Shown: positions 38,101 to 48,582 of the stretch, piece by piece | Layout: each line of letters opens with the position of its first letter | How positions within the stretch are numbered: position 1 is the stretch's first letter | DNA from: Octopus bimaculoides | Taxonomy: Eukaryota | NCBI RefSeq assembly: GCF_001194135.2 | Contig: NC_068983.1 | Span: 161,357,803 to 161,421,802, forward strand | Length of the DNA: 64,000 nucleotides | Reading direction: 5' to 3' | Notes under the pieces: model-generated | The model's input: only the letters and a program-made list of their open reading frames with translations | The model's database searches: none | Told to the model about the DNA's origin: nothing | Made by a program: the position numbers and the translations under genes

Positions 38101-38668
38101 CGCAACACCCAGAAAAAGTAGAACGAAATAGTAAGGTGGTATTGATGTTATACATGAGGAACGCCTGAACGAGGTGTATAAGGAAGAATAAACTTGTTCA
38201 ATGAAAAATCCACACTGACTTTACAATCATTCACTAAATTTGGTATTTTAACGAGAAATTAAAATTTTATAAAACATAATTTTGATACAATGATCTGAAC
38301 GTTATACGTAAACAAAGTCAGATAAATAGAAATCCTTTATTAAATAGTTAATTTAAATGTCTAAATGAGGTCAGTTTAATTCATCTTAAAATATTCTGAA
38401 TATTTGTCTCAAACTAAACACAGCATCAGTTATATTAAAAAAATTTCCTAGGATATGAAATGTCATTAGTGTTTACATGGCTTTATGAGAGTGACTCTTG
38501 TCCTACCTCCACAGGAAGACGCCTGTGTTGTATCTGACTGGACAGTTCTATAAGTATATCCCTCTGTTTATCTGTCAGGTAGGCTCTGGGCTCAACATTA
38601 GCATCCCACTGACTTAATCGTTCTCTTAATGACTTCTGATCGAGGAACTTTGTCGGCATATCCGCCAT
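6854..38668 (-). CDS. COG3: Conserved oligomeric Golgi complex subunit 3 (Sec34), spliced gene, 3'-partial in this window (17 coding exons traced)
   Basis: The spliced translation matches metazoan COG3 motifs in order: [115 protein letters not shown]. All introns are GT-AG and the phases join without frameshift. Confidence 0.97.
7706..7795 (-). CDS. COG3: COG3 exon 16 (90 nt; [30 protein letters not shown])
   Basis: Acceptor ttctttcag, donor AAG|GTAAAT. Confidence 0.95.
8392..8775 (-). mobile_element. tRNA-derived SINE, near full length (second copy at about 47375-47668 minus)
   Basis: Minus-strand head TGGCCTAGTGGTTAGGGCAG (A box) ... GGTTTCGATTCCCAG (B box); shared body between the two copies. 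Confidence 0.8.
9236..9345 (-). CDS. COG3: COG3 exon 15 (110 nt; [36 protein letters not shown])
   Basis: Acceptor ctattttcag, donor GCA|GTAAGT; highly conserved [17 protein letters not shown] motif. Confidence 0.97.
11190..12340. mobile_element. Decayed RTE-clade LINE with an inverted 5' half (plus-strand RT 11715-12340; minus-strand C-terminus 11190-11710)
   Basis: Plus strand reads [10 protein letters not shown]...KKALDHVW...GVQQGCLLS; minus strand reads [15 protein letters not shown]...[14 protein letters not shown]...[13 protein letters not shown] younger 3'-tail insertion sits at 11768-11821. Confidence 0.75.
12503..12668 (-). CDS. COG3: COG3 exon 14 (166 nt; [21 protein letters not shown]...GPST), low-complexity linker
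   Basis: Acceptor attttgcag, donor G|GTATTC, phase 0/1 compatible with exon 15. The donor choice is inferred from phase and consensus. Confidence 0.82.
14830..14990 (-). CDS. COG3: COG3 exon 13 (161 nt; QELKAFE...DVQERLVYR...PEKLEMME)
   Basis: Acceptor ttgttgtag, donor GAG|GTAAAG, phase 1/0. Confidence 0.96.
16954..16987 (-). CDS. COG3: COG3 exon 12, micro-exon (34 nt; [11 protein letters not shown])
   Basis: Acceptor ttttatttatag, donor C|GTAAGT, phase 0/1; matches NEVLEDHVQNN and restores the frame between exons 11 and 13. Confidence 0.88.
18460..18565 (-). CDS. COG3: COG3 exon 11 (106 nt; [20 protein letters not shown]...CAILK)
   Basis: Acceptor ttttgtag, donor AAA|GTTAGT, phase 2/0. 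Confidence 0.96.
19450..19541 (-). CDS. COG3: COG3 exon 10 (92 nt; [19 protein letters not shown]...SPLL)
   Basis: Acceptor ctccaacag, donor GA|GTAAGT, phase 0/2. Confidence 0.96.
20674..20800 (-). CDS. COG3: COG3 exon 9 (127 nt; [12 protein letters not shown]...RDHCAL)
   Basis: Acceptor gctgtag, donor TTG|GTATGT, phase 2/0; QRELLLGPS and RDHCAL motifs. Confidence 0.96.
22624..23216. repeat. Direct duplication of about 155 bp (22624-22779 and 22989-23141) plus an inverted copy of about 75 bp (23141-23216); MITE-like
   Basis: AATTAAACCTTGGGAGAGGCATTAT...CTGGTTCAGTCCTTTATTAATTTATAAA occurs twice forward and once reversed. Confidence 0.9.
23369..23487 (-). CDS. COG3: COG3 exon 8 (119 nt; [18 protein letters not shown]...NKSV)
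   Basis: Acceptor ctgttctag, donor GA|GTTAGT, phase 0/2. Confidence 0.95.
24290..24465. mobile_element. Small fold-back MITE-like element with GGACAATT(A/C)CCC subrepeats
   Basis: GGACAATTCCCTCTGACAATTACCCC on the left versus GGGGATAATTGTCAGAGGG...TATTGTCC on the right. Confidence 0.5.
24563..25110. repeat. Unclassified interspersed repeat embedded in (TAA)n
   Basis: A more GC-balanced block bounded by (ATT)n at 24488-24562 and TTTATTATTATTAC at about 25110; no coding similarity recognised. Confidence 0.4.
25282..25800 (+). mobile_element. Tx1/L1-like LINE 3' end with (ATT)n tail
   Basis: IWWTR...KRKMRVERE...[23 protein letters not shown] resembles Tx1-type ORF2 C-termini; AATAAA is followed by (ATT)n. 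Confidence 0.55.
25905..26497 (+). mobile_element. Short retroposed copy of the RTE LINE 3'UTR, ending CCAACCCATGCTAGCATGGAAAGCGGACGTTAAAC(GAT)n
   Basis: Same 3' end as the LINE at 29677-31750. Other approximate copies: 2555-2930(+), 5494-5920(-), 11768-11821(+), 16125-16296(+), 18938-18982(+), 19978-20061(+), 34100-34227(+); older ones at 119-372(-), 12765-12950(-), 16590-16805(-), 26880-27062(+), 28445-28580(-). Confidence 0.88.
26534..26662 (-). CDS. COG3: COG3 exon 7 (129 nt; [21 protein letters not shown]...VLPKK)
   Basis: Acceptor ctttccag, donor AAG|GTGAGC; FKQCLS motif. Confidence 0.95.
27340..27820 (-). mobile_element. R4/Dong-like RLE non-LTR retrotransposon 3' fragment flanked by (TAA)n
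   Basis: Minus-strand reading [18 protein letters not shown]...[18 protein letters not shown]...[17 protein letters not shown]; (TTA)n at about 27295-27334 and 27827-27866. Confidence 0.85.
27890..28440 (-). mobile_element. RTE-clade LINE C-terminal fragment
   Basis: [10 protein letters not shown]...KWYGHVLRR...GRPRKRW. Confidence 0.85.
28865..28957 (-). CDS. COG3: COG3 exon 6 (93 nt; [31 protein letters not shown])
   Basis: Acceptor ttcttttcag, donor AAT|GTGAGT; matches KLNSP...MLAKLDDCITYI. Confidence 0.95.
29677..31750 (+). mobile_element. 5'-truncated RTE-clade LINE (RT, PHD-like insert, C-terminus, 3'UTR, (GAT)n tail), inactivated; in COG3 intron 5
   Basis: RT motifs [34 protein letters not shown] and a degenerate YVDN (for YADD); C-terminal WYGHV...RGRPRKTW. 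In-frame stops are present. It ends ...CCAACCCATGCCAGCATGGAAAACGGACGTTAAACGATGATGATGATGA. Confidence 0.92.
31795..31869 (-). CDS. COG3: COG3 exon 5 (75 nt; [25 protein letters not shown])
   Basis: Acceptor tttcatttcag, donor AGT|GTAAGA; KLSYFNELE motif. Confidence 0.95.
32170..32420 (+). mobile_element. SINE of a third family (GCTGTG.GGTAAG..GCTTGCTT...GAAACTGA..GAAGCCC, ending in (TG)/(CA) microsatellite)
   Basis: Related approximate copies at 9680-9850(-), 13650-13815(-), 13890-14290(+), 58075-58275(+). Confidence 0.65.
33083..33248 (-). CDS. COG3: COG3 exon 4 (166 nt; RNYIRELE...[11 protein letters not shown])
   Basis: Acceptor tttcag, donor CAG|GTAAAG, phase 2/0; [16 protein letters not shown] motif. 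Confidence 0.95.
33457..33726. repeat. Long palindrome / fold-back element (about 120-130 bp arms, 21-nt loop) in COG3 intron 3
   Basis: 33457-33585 is the near-perfect reverse complement of 33607-33726, apart from one 9-nt indel and a few transitions. Confidence 0.95.
34029..34161. repeat. Perfect 60-bp inverted repeat with a 13-nt loop, at the 5' end of a retroposed tail copy
   Basis: 34029-34088 is the exact reverse complement of 34102-34161. Confidence 0.95.
34707..34768 (-). CDS. COG3: COG3 exon 3 (62 nt; [20 protein letters not shown])
   Basis: Acceptor aattttag, donor AG|GTATGT, phase 0/2; FFSWFA motif. Confidence 0.93.
35336..35461 (-). CDS. COG3: COG3 exon 2 (126 nt; LPLDD...EEKIENAQQ)
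   Basis: Acceptor ttgttacag, donor CAA|GTATGT, phase 0/0; matches LPIED...ERIETAQQ. Confidence 0.9.
38507..38668 (-). CDS. COG3: COG3 exon 1 (162 nt; MADMPTKF...RRLPVE)
   Basis: ATG at 38668, donor GAG|[14 protein letters not shown]...LTDKQ resembles the COG3 N-terminus (REKLALWD...LTDRQ). Confidence 0.92.
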
Positions 38669-38672
38669 TTTG
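38661..38672 (-). promoter_or_regulatory. YY1-type motif (CAAAATGGCGGA) overlapping the COG3 start codon
   Basis: Plus strand reads TCCGCCATTTTG, matching the YY1 consensus AAAATGGCGG; the ATG is the COG3 initiator. Confidence 0.45.
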
Positions 38673-41600
38673 ACATTTTTATAAACTGATCGCCCCAGCT
38701 TCGCATGCCACGTCGATTACGGTGTCAATTATAAAGTATACGCTGATGAATTAATATCCTGGATTATCAGCACTACTGCTTTTATGATCGTATTTGTCAA
38801 TCCCTGCGTTAGAAAAGCTATGTTCAAAACAATATTACCTAATAATAATTACATTTTAAAGCTAGACTTTTAAGAAAAGTTATAAAAATATATTAAAAGA
38901 ATAATCCTAGTTTTAAAAAGATGCTCAGGAATTAAAATTTTGCTAACATATTCCGATCTCTATAAATTATCTAAATTGTTGAATACGTTAGTATTTCCTA
39001 CACCCCTACTTTCTTTCTGAGTTAGCTTTATGTTTGTCAATTACACTAGTTTTACCTAGTGTTACTTTGGTAAACAATAACTTTTGTAACATTTATCGGG
39101 TCGTCCATATGGAGGAAAGAGCACGAAGCATTGGCAGTTGTAAATTTTGCTTTGATAAATGACATTCATGTGACTATGTTTCTACCTCAAGCGTTTCATT
39201 TGGATAGTATTAAGAGATTTGAAACAAATGCTGTAACATTTTAGAAGGGGTTTTTCAATAGTATCTTTGAAAAAAAAAATTCTATCCCAAATTTGTTGGT
39301 TAGTGTTGGTCCATTGAAGTAAATGATGGTAACCATCATCATTTTAACACCAACTTTCCATACCTACATTGGCCGGATGAAGTTTACTCAAGCAGATTTT
39401 TCTATGGCCCTTCCTGTTACTAACCCTTGCTTGTTTCCAAGTAAGGCGATGTTTCCCAATGGCCAAACATGCTTTTGCGAAATACTGGAAATACAGATTT
39501 TATTACTGCAAATAATGTTTTCTATGTTGGTCTTTTAATAAATACTAGCAACAAGAACTACACACTGGGAGAGACATACTTCTGGAGGATCTTTTAAGCC
39601 AAGAGATGAGTAATAGATAAAATTCATATGTGAGTAACTTGATTTGCAGAATGTCATATTAAACAAGTTGAAGGGTTTACTGATGCTAAGGGCGACAGAC
39701 AATGCATTTGCTGACATTCTCCAGAGTAGAAGGTGTGATGGAGAAGGATAAGTTTTTATATGGTCTGATAACCCGGAAAGTGAACTGGTCAGAGCAGAAG
39801 AGGTGAGGAAAGGTGTTTCAAGGCAGTGACTTTTTATGACTGTCTCCATTATTTTCAAGATGGCAGAATTGAAGGTGATGGGTTGATAGCTGGCAAGGTC
39901 CCTAAGGTTGTTGCTGATTTCGAGATGGGATACACTGTAGTGCTTCTAAAATTAGGATGGATATCTGGAAGGTGAGAGAGAGAGAGAGAGAAGTAAATGA
40001 CATTTCAAAGGGGACTAATATTTTACTATGTTGAAGATTTATTAGATTGTTTTCTTTCGACTAAAGTACAAATTAGTTGGAAGTATCTATTGAGTTAACG
40101 TCAATATATTTCTGATATGTATTTTATCGAATCTAAAAGGATGATAAGTCGAACTCGATTAGGATATGCGACATTGAAAAACAATTGTTCACTGCTTTTA
40201 TTTCGCGTGTGTGTGTGTTTCCAACTGTCACACCTCTTTGGCTGTGGTAATGCCTGAAAAATTTCATTCATAAAGTTACTTTCAAAATAAGAATTATCTC
40301 CCTTAGACTACACCCGAAATTAGCAGCCAGTCTCGTCATACTACAGTTTTTAGGAAAGATGCAGAGATTTTCATATGGTAAACGATTATAATGATTGCTA
40401 CGGAAAAAAAACCCAGAAGAAAAAGACGCATGGGATGATGCAGTTATGGTTACACTATGTCATAAAAAATACAGCGATGTCACAGTTGGAACGCTTTTGA
40501 TCACCATACATGTAAACAGAATTTAAAGAAAACCTACATCGACTTCAGTATATGACTGGTATTTACTTTATCGACCCAGAAAGGATGTAAAGCAACGTCG
40601 ACTTCGGCGGTATTTGAACTCAGAACGTACAGATAGACTTAATGCAGTTAAGCATTTTGCACTGCGTGCTAACGATTCTGCTAGTTAGCCGCAACTCCAA
40701 GATAATATCAAATACAATCAACCATTAAACTTAATGAGATGAACATATCACACAAGCATAGATGACAAAAATCCATGTAATTACAACATTCATACCATAC
40801 AATAGTGCAAAGAGCGAAAAAGTAACGAAATGATATACAAATGACCGACTGTAAAACTGTTCAGCAAAGGTGCTACTACATTTGCTGGAGTTCTTGTAAT
40901 CGTGAGGTTAGTTGAAACATCTTTCAACTAACTTCACGAAGAATTTATTTTCTTCTTTGTCTGTTCTAAGTTAAAACCTTGTCCGAGTCGGTATTGCTTT
41001 TCATCATTTTTAGTACCAACAAAATAAATATCAGGCATCTGCCGGGATTGATTTAATCGACTATACAATTCACATACGAATTTTTTTCAGTGGAGTTTGC
41101 TAACACACTGTTTCTATTTAATCCACTTAACGGAATTCAACACATTCATGCTTCTTGACCATTTGGTTTTAATCAGGAATTTTTTTGGCAATAAACTATT
41201 TCAGGGGACATAACTCAATAGAGAACAAATTTAAAATATAACTCTATATTTATTTACAAACCATTTTGAATAAATCTGAAGAAAAGTGAAAACAGAATTA
41301 TTTTCGGTTCAACATTTATTTTAGCAAACTAGCTTGTTAAGAACATGCCTATTAGACACGAAAGCAGTAATTGTTTATCGCCTCCTAAATGTGGGTGTTC
41401 TATAAGAACAGACGTTACTGCTATTTTAACCCCAGGAGGACGCCTCCTCCAGCTGGTTATTTCTTTGATCATACTTGAAATTAATATTTTTCCGTACTGT
41501 ATGCATTTTATGGGTTCAAATGTGCAAATAATGGTTTCTTATATAGGCACGAGGCCAGCAATTAATGACTCCAATACTTGACTGTGATTTTACACCAAAA

Positions 41601-42159
41601 GGATAAAAGGCAAAACTGACCTCAGCAGGATCGGAAACATAGCGGTTCGACACTAACAATTCTGTCAATCTGCTGCTTTATTGCGTAAATAAATACATAA
41701 ATAACAAGGCGAATTACACTAGCTTCGAAAGTTATATTAACTACTTGTTGAAAGCATAAGTATATACATATATTCAGTCTCAGCATGAAATTAAAACTCC
41801 ATCAGGGCCTTTCGATATATAAGGTGATGACTGAAACTTCAAAATCGTTGTTGTGTAATCCGATTTCCCATCATCATATGAATGAGTTAAGCCTAGAACA
41901 GTCTTGTCTATATTTTAATGTTTGCCTCTACTACTGTATGCTTTAATGTTTTCCCCAACCATTTTTGAAGCACGAATGCTTTCATGCAAGACAATTTTTC
42001 CACAGATCAGGAGATCACATACATAACAAAAGACGAAAAGCAACATAATATATTTTTTACTTATTACATGAGATAATATACTTATAATACACATATAATG
42101 CAAAAATACCCTGAACCCTGCGATAGTCTAGTAAATCGAAAAAAATTATTTATTTATTC

Positions 42160-42620
42160 TTTCTGTAAGGCCCAGTACCAAATGATCCACAACCCGTTGG
42201 TGTGGGACTCCCGCGTCCCTGTATCTCAGCATTCTGGATAGGGAAAGTATCCGAGACCTGATGAGTCATGCTGCATCTAGGGAAAGGGTCATGCCCATGA
42301 CCTTTCAAAACCCTTCGGGACCGGCTGTTAATATTCTGTTTAAAGTGTTATAGATCAGGTCAACACCGACAAGAAAGACATGAGCAGAAAGAAAATCCCA
42401 CAGGATCAACGTTCTGGGAAGACCTGGGTATGGTCGTTAAGTGAGGACTCGGGTGACACAACAAGGTTGATGAGAAATAGAAAGACAAATGAAATAGAGG
42501 TGCTTGAGAAGAGGTACAACATCAACCAGCTCTGAAGAAAAGTGACCATTACAGTAGCGCTAGAGATGACAGAGAAAGGAGACAGCGTGTCTGAGGGTCA
42601 GACACTGAGGCGTGTCTATT
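42160..42620 (-). mobile_element. CR1/Jockey-group LINE 3' remnant (related pieces at about 39640-39975 minus, 44375-44640 minus, 55010-55250 plus)
   Basis: Degenerate RYCNGHFSSELVDVVP...FPRT..LW..L...VF motif. The 39640-39975 piece reads SYQPITFNSAILKIMETVI...VALSISKPF (RT N-terminal part). Confidence 0.55.
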
Positions 42621-43171
42621 AGTGATTAAAAGCAAATCAGTTGAATATCCTCCACCTTTCTCCGCTTTGGATGCAGTCCAGTCGGTTTGGTCCGCAATTC
42701 AAGCTGCTGAAGAAATGGTTCTCACAAGCTAATTTCACAGTAAGACTAAATTTATAGATAGAAATGTATATTTATCTATTGTTACACACACTGTATTATA
42801 TTATTTTTTCAGTATTGGAGTAATAAAGTTGTGAAGTATATAGTTGTGCAGCTACTGTTTATACCTCGTTCAGATTTATTGTTAGTAATAAAGTTATCTC
42901 CCTTTAAATACAAATCTCTTTTTAAACCACTACCTTAGATGCTAATAGTGATTTCCAATTTTGACACAAGGCCAGTAATTTCGGAGGATTGGATAAGTCG
43001 ATTACACTGACTCCATTGCTCAACTGGTATTTATTTTGTCGACCCCAAAAGAATGAGAGACAAATTCAACCTCGGCAGAACGTAAAGACGGACGAAATGC
43101 AGCCTAGCATTTTGCCCTGCGTGCTAACGATTTTGCCAGTTAGCCGCCTTCAAGTTAATAATAAATTTTTA

Positions 43172-44370
43172 GATTAATATAAACGTTTGTTTACATGAAA
43201 CAAAATTACCGGAGAACTTTCAACTAATTCTTCCAAATCTCCCAGTTAAAACTGTATTGAAACCATTTGTGGGGAATTTTTTTTAATCACAGCAACCGGT
43301 CACACACCACAAGGTTTAATGGAACCTACTGAAGCAAGCCAGCACGCTCGCAGTATTACCCCAGGCGACGGCGAAGCTAAGCGCCCTCGCGGGCATCACT
43401 TGACACCTTGGTGAGGCGAACTGCCAACGTTGAGAAGAACTTGGCGGTTAGTGGCCCAGTCCCTCTGAACGTCTCAGATGCCACAGGTCGGAAGAGATAG
43501 TTCAGTCAGGTCTCGATACTTCAGGATTTTCTTCCGTTCAGTTACGGAAGCAGTGACCCTCACGTTAACTGCAGCATCCAGGATGTGGGAGGGAGAAAAA
43601 GGGGGTGCAGACTGTGGCGTCCCAAATGAGGCACCTACCTCTAATCCAGGGACAGAAGGTAAGACCGTCTGGTCTCTTTCCATCACTTTCGGATAATCCC
43701 GACGACGACTCCAGAACTGAGAGCATATTAATCCGAGCCAGGGTCCGCTAAATGATTAGGTTTAGATCGGTGTAACGAACGAAGCGGCAAGACAGATCGT
43801 GAAGATCTGTGGGGTCGAGGGACCTACCACGGCGGCGTTTTAGTCTCCTACAGATGTCAGCTTCCACTCTGAGTGCGACGGAGATGCAGAGTTCATCTAG
43901 ACTGAGTAGACTTCGAATGTTGGCCACAAGCAGGGCATCAATTCAGTCCCCCGAGAATTTTGCACTAGCTGAAAGTAGGCGATACCTTGAAAATTGATCA
44001 GATTGATCAAAGAGAGAGTTGAAAGTGGCACCTGAACGCAGATTGTCCCATAGTCTGTTTCCGTCTATCCTCTACTGTAACCAGAACTGACAAACCTAGC
44101 TCTCTCTCCATTGGGATAGGACTTCATCCATCTCGCTGTTGGAATTAGTCCATATTGGAGAGGAGAGGATGTTGCCTACCAAAGTGGAGCAAGCGTGGCT
44201 GGAGGAAAGAGAACAGGGAACAGATGAAGACGAGCGCTTGCGCAGACTTAAGCCACCCCACCCCCACCAAACCGTTTTGGCAAAGCAGCTTGGTCGAGGG
44301 ATCTGGGGAGAGTTTGACATTGACGAAGCATTCGAGTTTCCTGAAGATGAATTGGTTCAACACTCCACCA
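43172..44370 (-). mobile_element. Decayed CRE-like RLE non-LTR retrotransposon (RT C-terminus, zinc knuckle, restriction-like endonuclease)
   Basis: QAALPKRFGG...; LDELCISVALRV...LNLII; SDGKRPDGLTFCPWIRGRCLIWDAT; YLFRPVASETFRGTGP... Confidence 0.8.
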
Positions 44371-45967
44371 CTGACTTATTGTTACTTGAACTGCAAGTCA
44401 ATACTTACGGGAAAGACACGAGCCTGAAGGGAATTCCAGAGGACTGGATTTAGAGGAAAGTGCATGGCCTGGAAGATTGGAACACAACAAGAGTGATGAG
44501 AAGAGGAGAGACGGGATGTTCAAGACTATCAAAGCAAAATTAACATGAGCTCACTCAATTCTGAGGAGTAGAAATCGTTAAAGTGATGTTAGAAAAGCAG
44601 AAAGACGAGACTGGAGCACGTCTTTCGGTCAGAGGCTGGAGCATGAATGTGAGTGACTTTATGCCAATCAGTTGAGTGACCCTTTTTTTTTTATGCGGGC
44701 TAAGAATGTTTGTGTGTACAGCAGCAGCCGTCTCACATGTTAAAATGGTACTTCTTTGTAGGCCTCGTTTGAACTTTGTAGAGATAGAAATAAAGGAATG
44801 GAACCAGAATGAAAACAAAAGTACAGTTTAACACATTAACCTTATTTTTAAGTATCTTCAGGTTAAATATATAATTAATGTTTTCATTCCGTTATGCTAA
44901 AGTTGCATTTTACCAGTTTTCTAAAATAATTTTAACCGTCTCTTATAACACTACATATAAATTCTCTTACTCTAATAAGACTACTCGGATTCTGAAAAAA
45001 TGTACTTTAGAGTTTGATGGATAATTTTAATGACAATAGAGAGGTATAATTGATTGACTCAACTTCATTATATACTTGTCATTTTACGAATCCTCAAGAG
45101 ATGGCATGCAAAGTGGGATCTAATACTGCAAAGTAGTGTTTCTAATGGAGCGAGGTCGTGAGGATTGAACGTAGGTGGGCAAATTACAATGCTTTTAGGA
45201 AAACTAGGGAGGATTTAAACTTGTCCAATACCGTAATAGGGAAAGAGTTGTACGAATGCAGACTCTATTTCGTTTTCCTATTAATAAAATGAGGAAAGTG
45301 GGGAAATTTACCAATAATCTTTGGACGGGAGCCTTTAGTTGTTAGTTGGAGAACCACTCCAACAAGCCATTTCCGTAACTCAACCCTTTTTTATTGATAG
45401 ATGATAGTGATTTCTCCCAAAGGCAGAGTTCCAAAGTTTTAAAATATAGACATAGTTGTTTGAATTGATTCACTATATCAGCTGATATTTATTTTATTGA
45501 CTTTGGATGGATAACGACTTCGGTTGGATTTGAACACGAAGAGAAGAGGACTGAAGTGAAATATTTGTTTCAAATTTTAGCACAATGCCAGCAAGTTCGA
45601 GAAGTAGATTAGTCGATTACATCGACTCCAGTGTTCAACTGGTACTTATTTTATAAACAAAGGATGAATGGTAAAGTCGATCTCGGTGGAATTTGATCTC
45701 AGAACGTAAAGACGGACGAAATGCTGCTAGGCTTTTTCCCGGCATGTTAACAATTCTGCCGGCTCACCACCTTACTAAAATGAAATATTGGACTGGGTTT
45801 GGTCTAATGGTTGAATAGGGTGCCGAGCTAAATGCTTAGTAACAATTAATTTTAACTCTTCCGGCTTTTTTACGTTCTGATTTCAAATCTCATCGAGATC
45901 AACTTTGCCTTTAATCTTTCTGTAGTCGACAGAATATATACCAGTGAAGTTCTGAGGTCAATAGGTG

Positions 45968-46320
45968 AAAACGCATGGCCTAGTGGTTAGAGCATTGGGC
46001 TCACAATCACGGGCCCGGGCTTGTGCTGTGCTGTGTTGTGTTGTGTTGAGTTGTGTTCTTGAGCAAGACACTTTATTTCACGTTGCTCCAGTTCACTGAG
46101 CTGTAGAAATGAGCTGCGACGTCACTGGTGCCAAGCTGTATCGGCCCCTTTGCCTTTCCCTTGGATAACATCAGTGGTATGGAGAGGGGAGGCTGGTATG
46201 CATGGGTGACTGCTGGTCTTCCATAAATAACCTTGCCCAGACTTGTGACACAAAAGAGGACTTTCTAGATGTATCCCATAGTCATTCATGGCCGAAGCGG
46301 GGGTTTTACTCTTTACTGAG
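45968..46320 (+). mobile_element. tRNA-derived SINE, second family (inverted copy at about 5010-5360)
   Basis: Head GCATGGCCTAGTGGTTAGAGC; body GAGCAAGACACTTTATTTCACGTTGCTCCAGTTCA...TAGAAATGAG shared with the 5010-5360 copy. Confidence 0.8.
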
Positions 46321-47724
46321 GTCAATATGAATGACTGCTAGTTGAGATTTTATGTTTATGTAAGAAAACAATAGTTATAACCATTACAGTCTCAGCTCAA
46401 ATCCCGCTAGTATAAGTTTAGCTTTTCATCCTTCTAGGACTAATAAAATAATTAACATATATGTACTGGAATCCATTCAGTCAACAACTTCTCTCTTTGA
46501 GTAAAACTGATAAAAGAAGTCATACAAATGTTAAGATCGAAGTTTTTCATCGATGCTTTGACAATATTTTTGCAGGTCAACCTTGATTAACTTATGATTA
46601 ATTGTGCACAGTCGTGACTGTCCCGTACTGTTCTCAAGTACAGAGCACCCAAAACAATATCATCCAATGAGCTATTTTCTAAGACGTTAGGTTGTGTTAT
46701 GTGAAAGATTAGGCTGCTATTCTTAGCAGGGAAAACGACCACTTAGCGGTTCCCACGTTAGCTCGTAACGATATGTCTTTCGATTCTTACAATGCCTAAA
46801 AATGACAGTTAGATGCGTTCTCGCCTTGTCAGTCAACGCTGTTTTCGTAGCACGAGACCAATTCTTAAATTAAAACGAACAAGGAGAAGCGCTGCGAAAA
46901 TATCATTCAAACCATAACTTAAATAACGAAAATGTGTATTCTATTTCAATAACTTATAACAACTTGATCTGATAACCCAATACAAAAATAACTGTGACAT
47001 TTGAAAAGAAGGTAGGTAAATGGAATTAATGAGTAAAAGATTAAAAGAACTTTTGAAAAGTTATCGCTTCCCTTTTAAAGGAACAAAGATGTAAAAAAAT
47101 TAAGTAAAATTTGGTAAAAAAGAGTTGTAAATTATGTTTCATGAAACACAAGAATACTTTACACACTCACATATATTAAGGGGAACAAATTCTAATTACC
47201 CTCCCTATTTCTTCCTCGCCAGGTTGTGATATCTATTTCAAAACACCGTCAAAGATTATTTAAATTTTCACATTTCATACTTTGTACATTTTCAAACCAT
47301 TATTCTAATTTCCATCATTATTCGCCTTATTTGTAAAATTAATGGATCAATTTTTATTTATTTATGCGCCCTTCTAAAGCCTAGCCAGGCTCATGGGCCC
47401 GGTTTCCCGGTTGCTATGGCGTATGTATTCCCCCCTAGCTGGACAGGACGCCAGTCCATCGTAGCGTTATTCATGAAACAGGAAGAAAGAGTGAGAGAAA
47501 GCTGGGGCGTAAGAGTACAACAGGGGTCACCACCACCCACTGCCAGAGCCTCGTGGAGCTTTAGGTGTTTTCGCTCAATAACCACTCACAATGCCCGGTC
47601 TGGGATTCGAAACTGCGATCCTCCGACCGCGAGTCTGCTGCCCTAACCACTGGGCCATTGCGCTTCCAATGGATCAATTAGAATCCCTAAAATATAAAGC
47701 AGTGTTACGATATCTAAAGTGTTC

Positions 47725-48150
47725 AAAGGCGGCGAGCTGGCAGAAACGTTAGCACGCCGGGCGAAATGCTTAGCGGTATTTCGTCTGCCGCTACGTTCTG
47801 GGTTCAAATTCCGCCGAGGTCGACTTTGCCTTTCATCCTTTCGGGGTCGATTAAATAAGTACCAGTTATGCACTGGAGTCAATATAATCGACTTAATCCG
47901 TTTGTCTGTCCCTCTTTGTCCCCTCTGTGTGTAGCCCCTTGTGGGCAATAACGAAATAAGAAATGGGCGAAATGTTTAGTGGTATTTCGTCTGCTTTTAC
48001 ATTCTGAGTTCAAATTCTGTCGAGGTTGACTTTGCCTTTCATCCTTCGGGGTCGATAAATTAAGTACCTGTTGCGTATTGTGATCGATCTCATCAACTAG
48101 CCCCACTCCCACCCAAAATTTCGGGCCTTGTGTCTAGAGTAGGAATGAAT
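47725..48150 (+). mobile_element. Two tandem copies of an abundant SINE family (GGCGGCGAGCTGGCAGAAACGTTAGC...TTCATCCTTTCGGGGTCGAT)
   Basis: Other approximate copies: 1655-1835(-), 8220-8390(-), 10060-10265(-), 25120-25262(+), 37860-38057(-), 40530-40695(-), 41535-41680(-), 42950-43150(-), 45575-45775(-), 53055-53272(+), 53640-53830(+), 57270-57400(-), 59835-60050(+), 63030-63250(+). Confidence 0.85.
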
Positions 48151-48527
48151 ATTAAAAATGTTCAGTTAGAGTTACACATCTAGCGACACGGATATAGAGA
48201 TAAAGAACAAGACAGCGTTCAGAGTCCCCGCTTGAAATTTAATGGTTACGTGAATTTTTCATTTTTTTTCTTTTTTTTAAGGAAGAAACCGTATTATATT
48301 CAGCTCCCAACCCGTTTTGGTTCTTCGGGCCTCGGACCAATGTACCAGCTGAACCTGTCTCTTATTAACATGAATGTGTAGTGTGTGTATATGCGTGTGC
48401 GTTCGTGTGTGTGTAACATAAGTATATGTATAATCTTTTATACTAAATCAGTGGATCCCAACGTGTGGCCCGAGGACCTCTGGTGGTCTGCAAAGATAGC
48501 ACTGGTGAACTAAATTCAAAATTTCAT

Positions 48528-48582
<55 letters not shown>

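Noticed and set aside
45968-46020. tRNA-like A/B-box sequences (also 8700-8775, 47590-47668, 5290-5360)
   Set aside because: They lack a complete cloverleaf and continue into shared SINE bodies, so they are SINE heads rather than tRNA genes.
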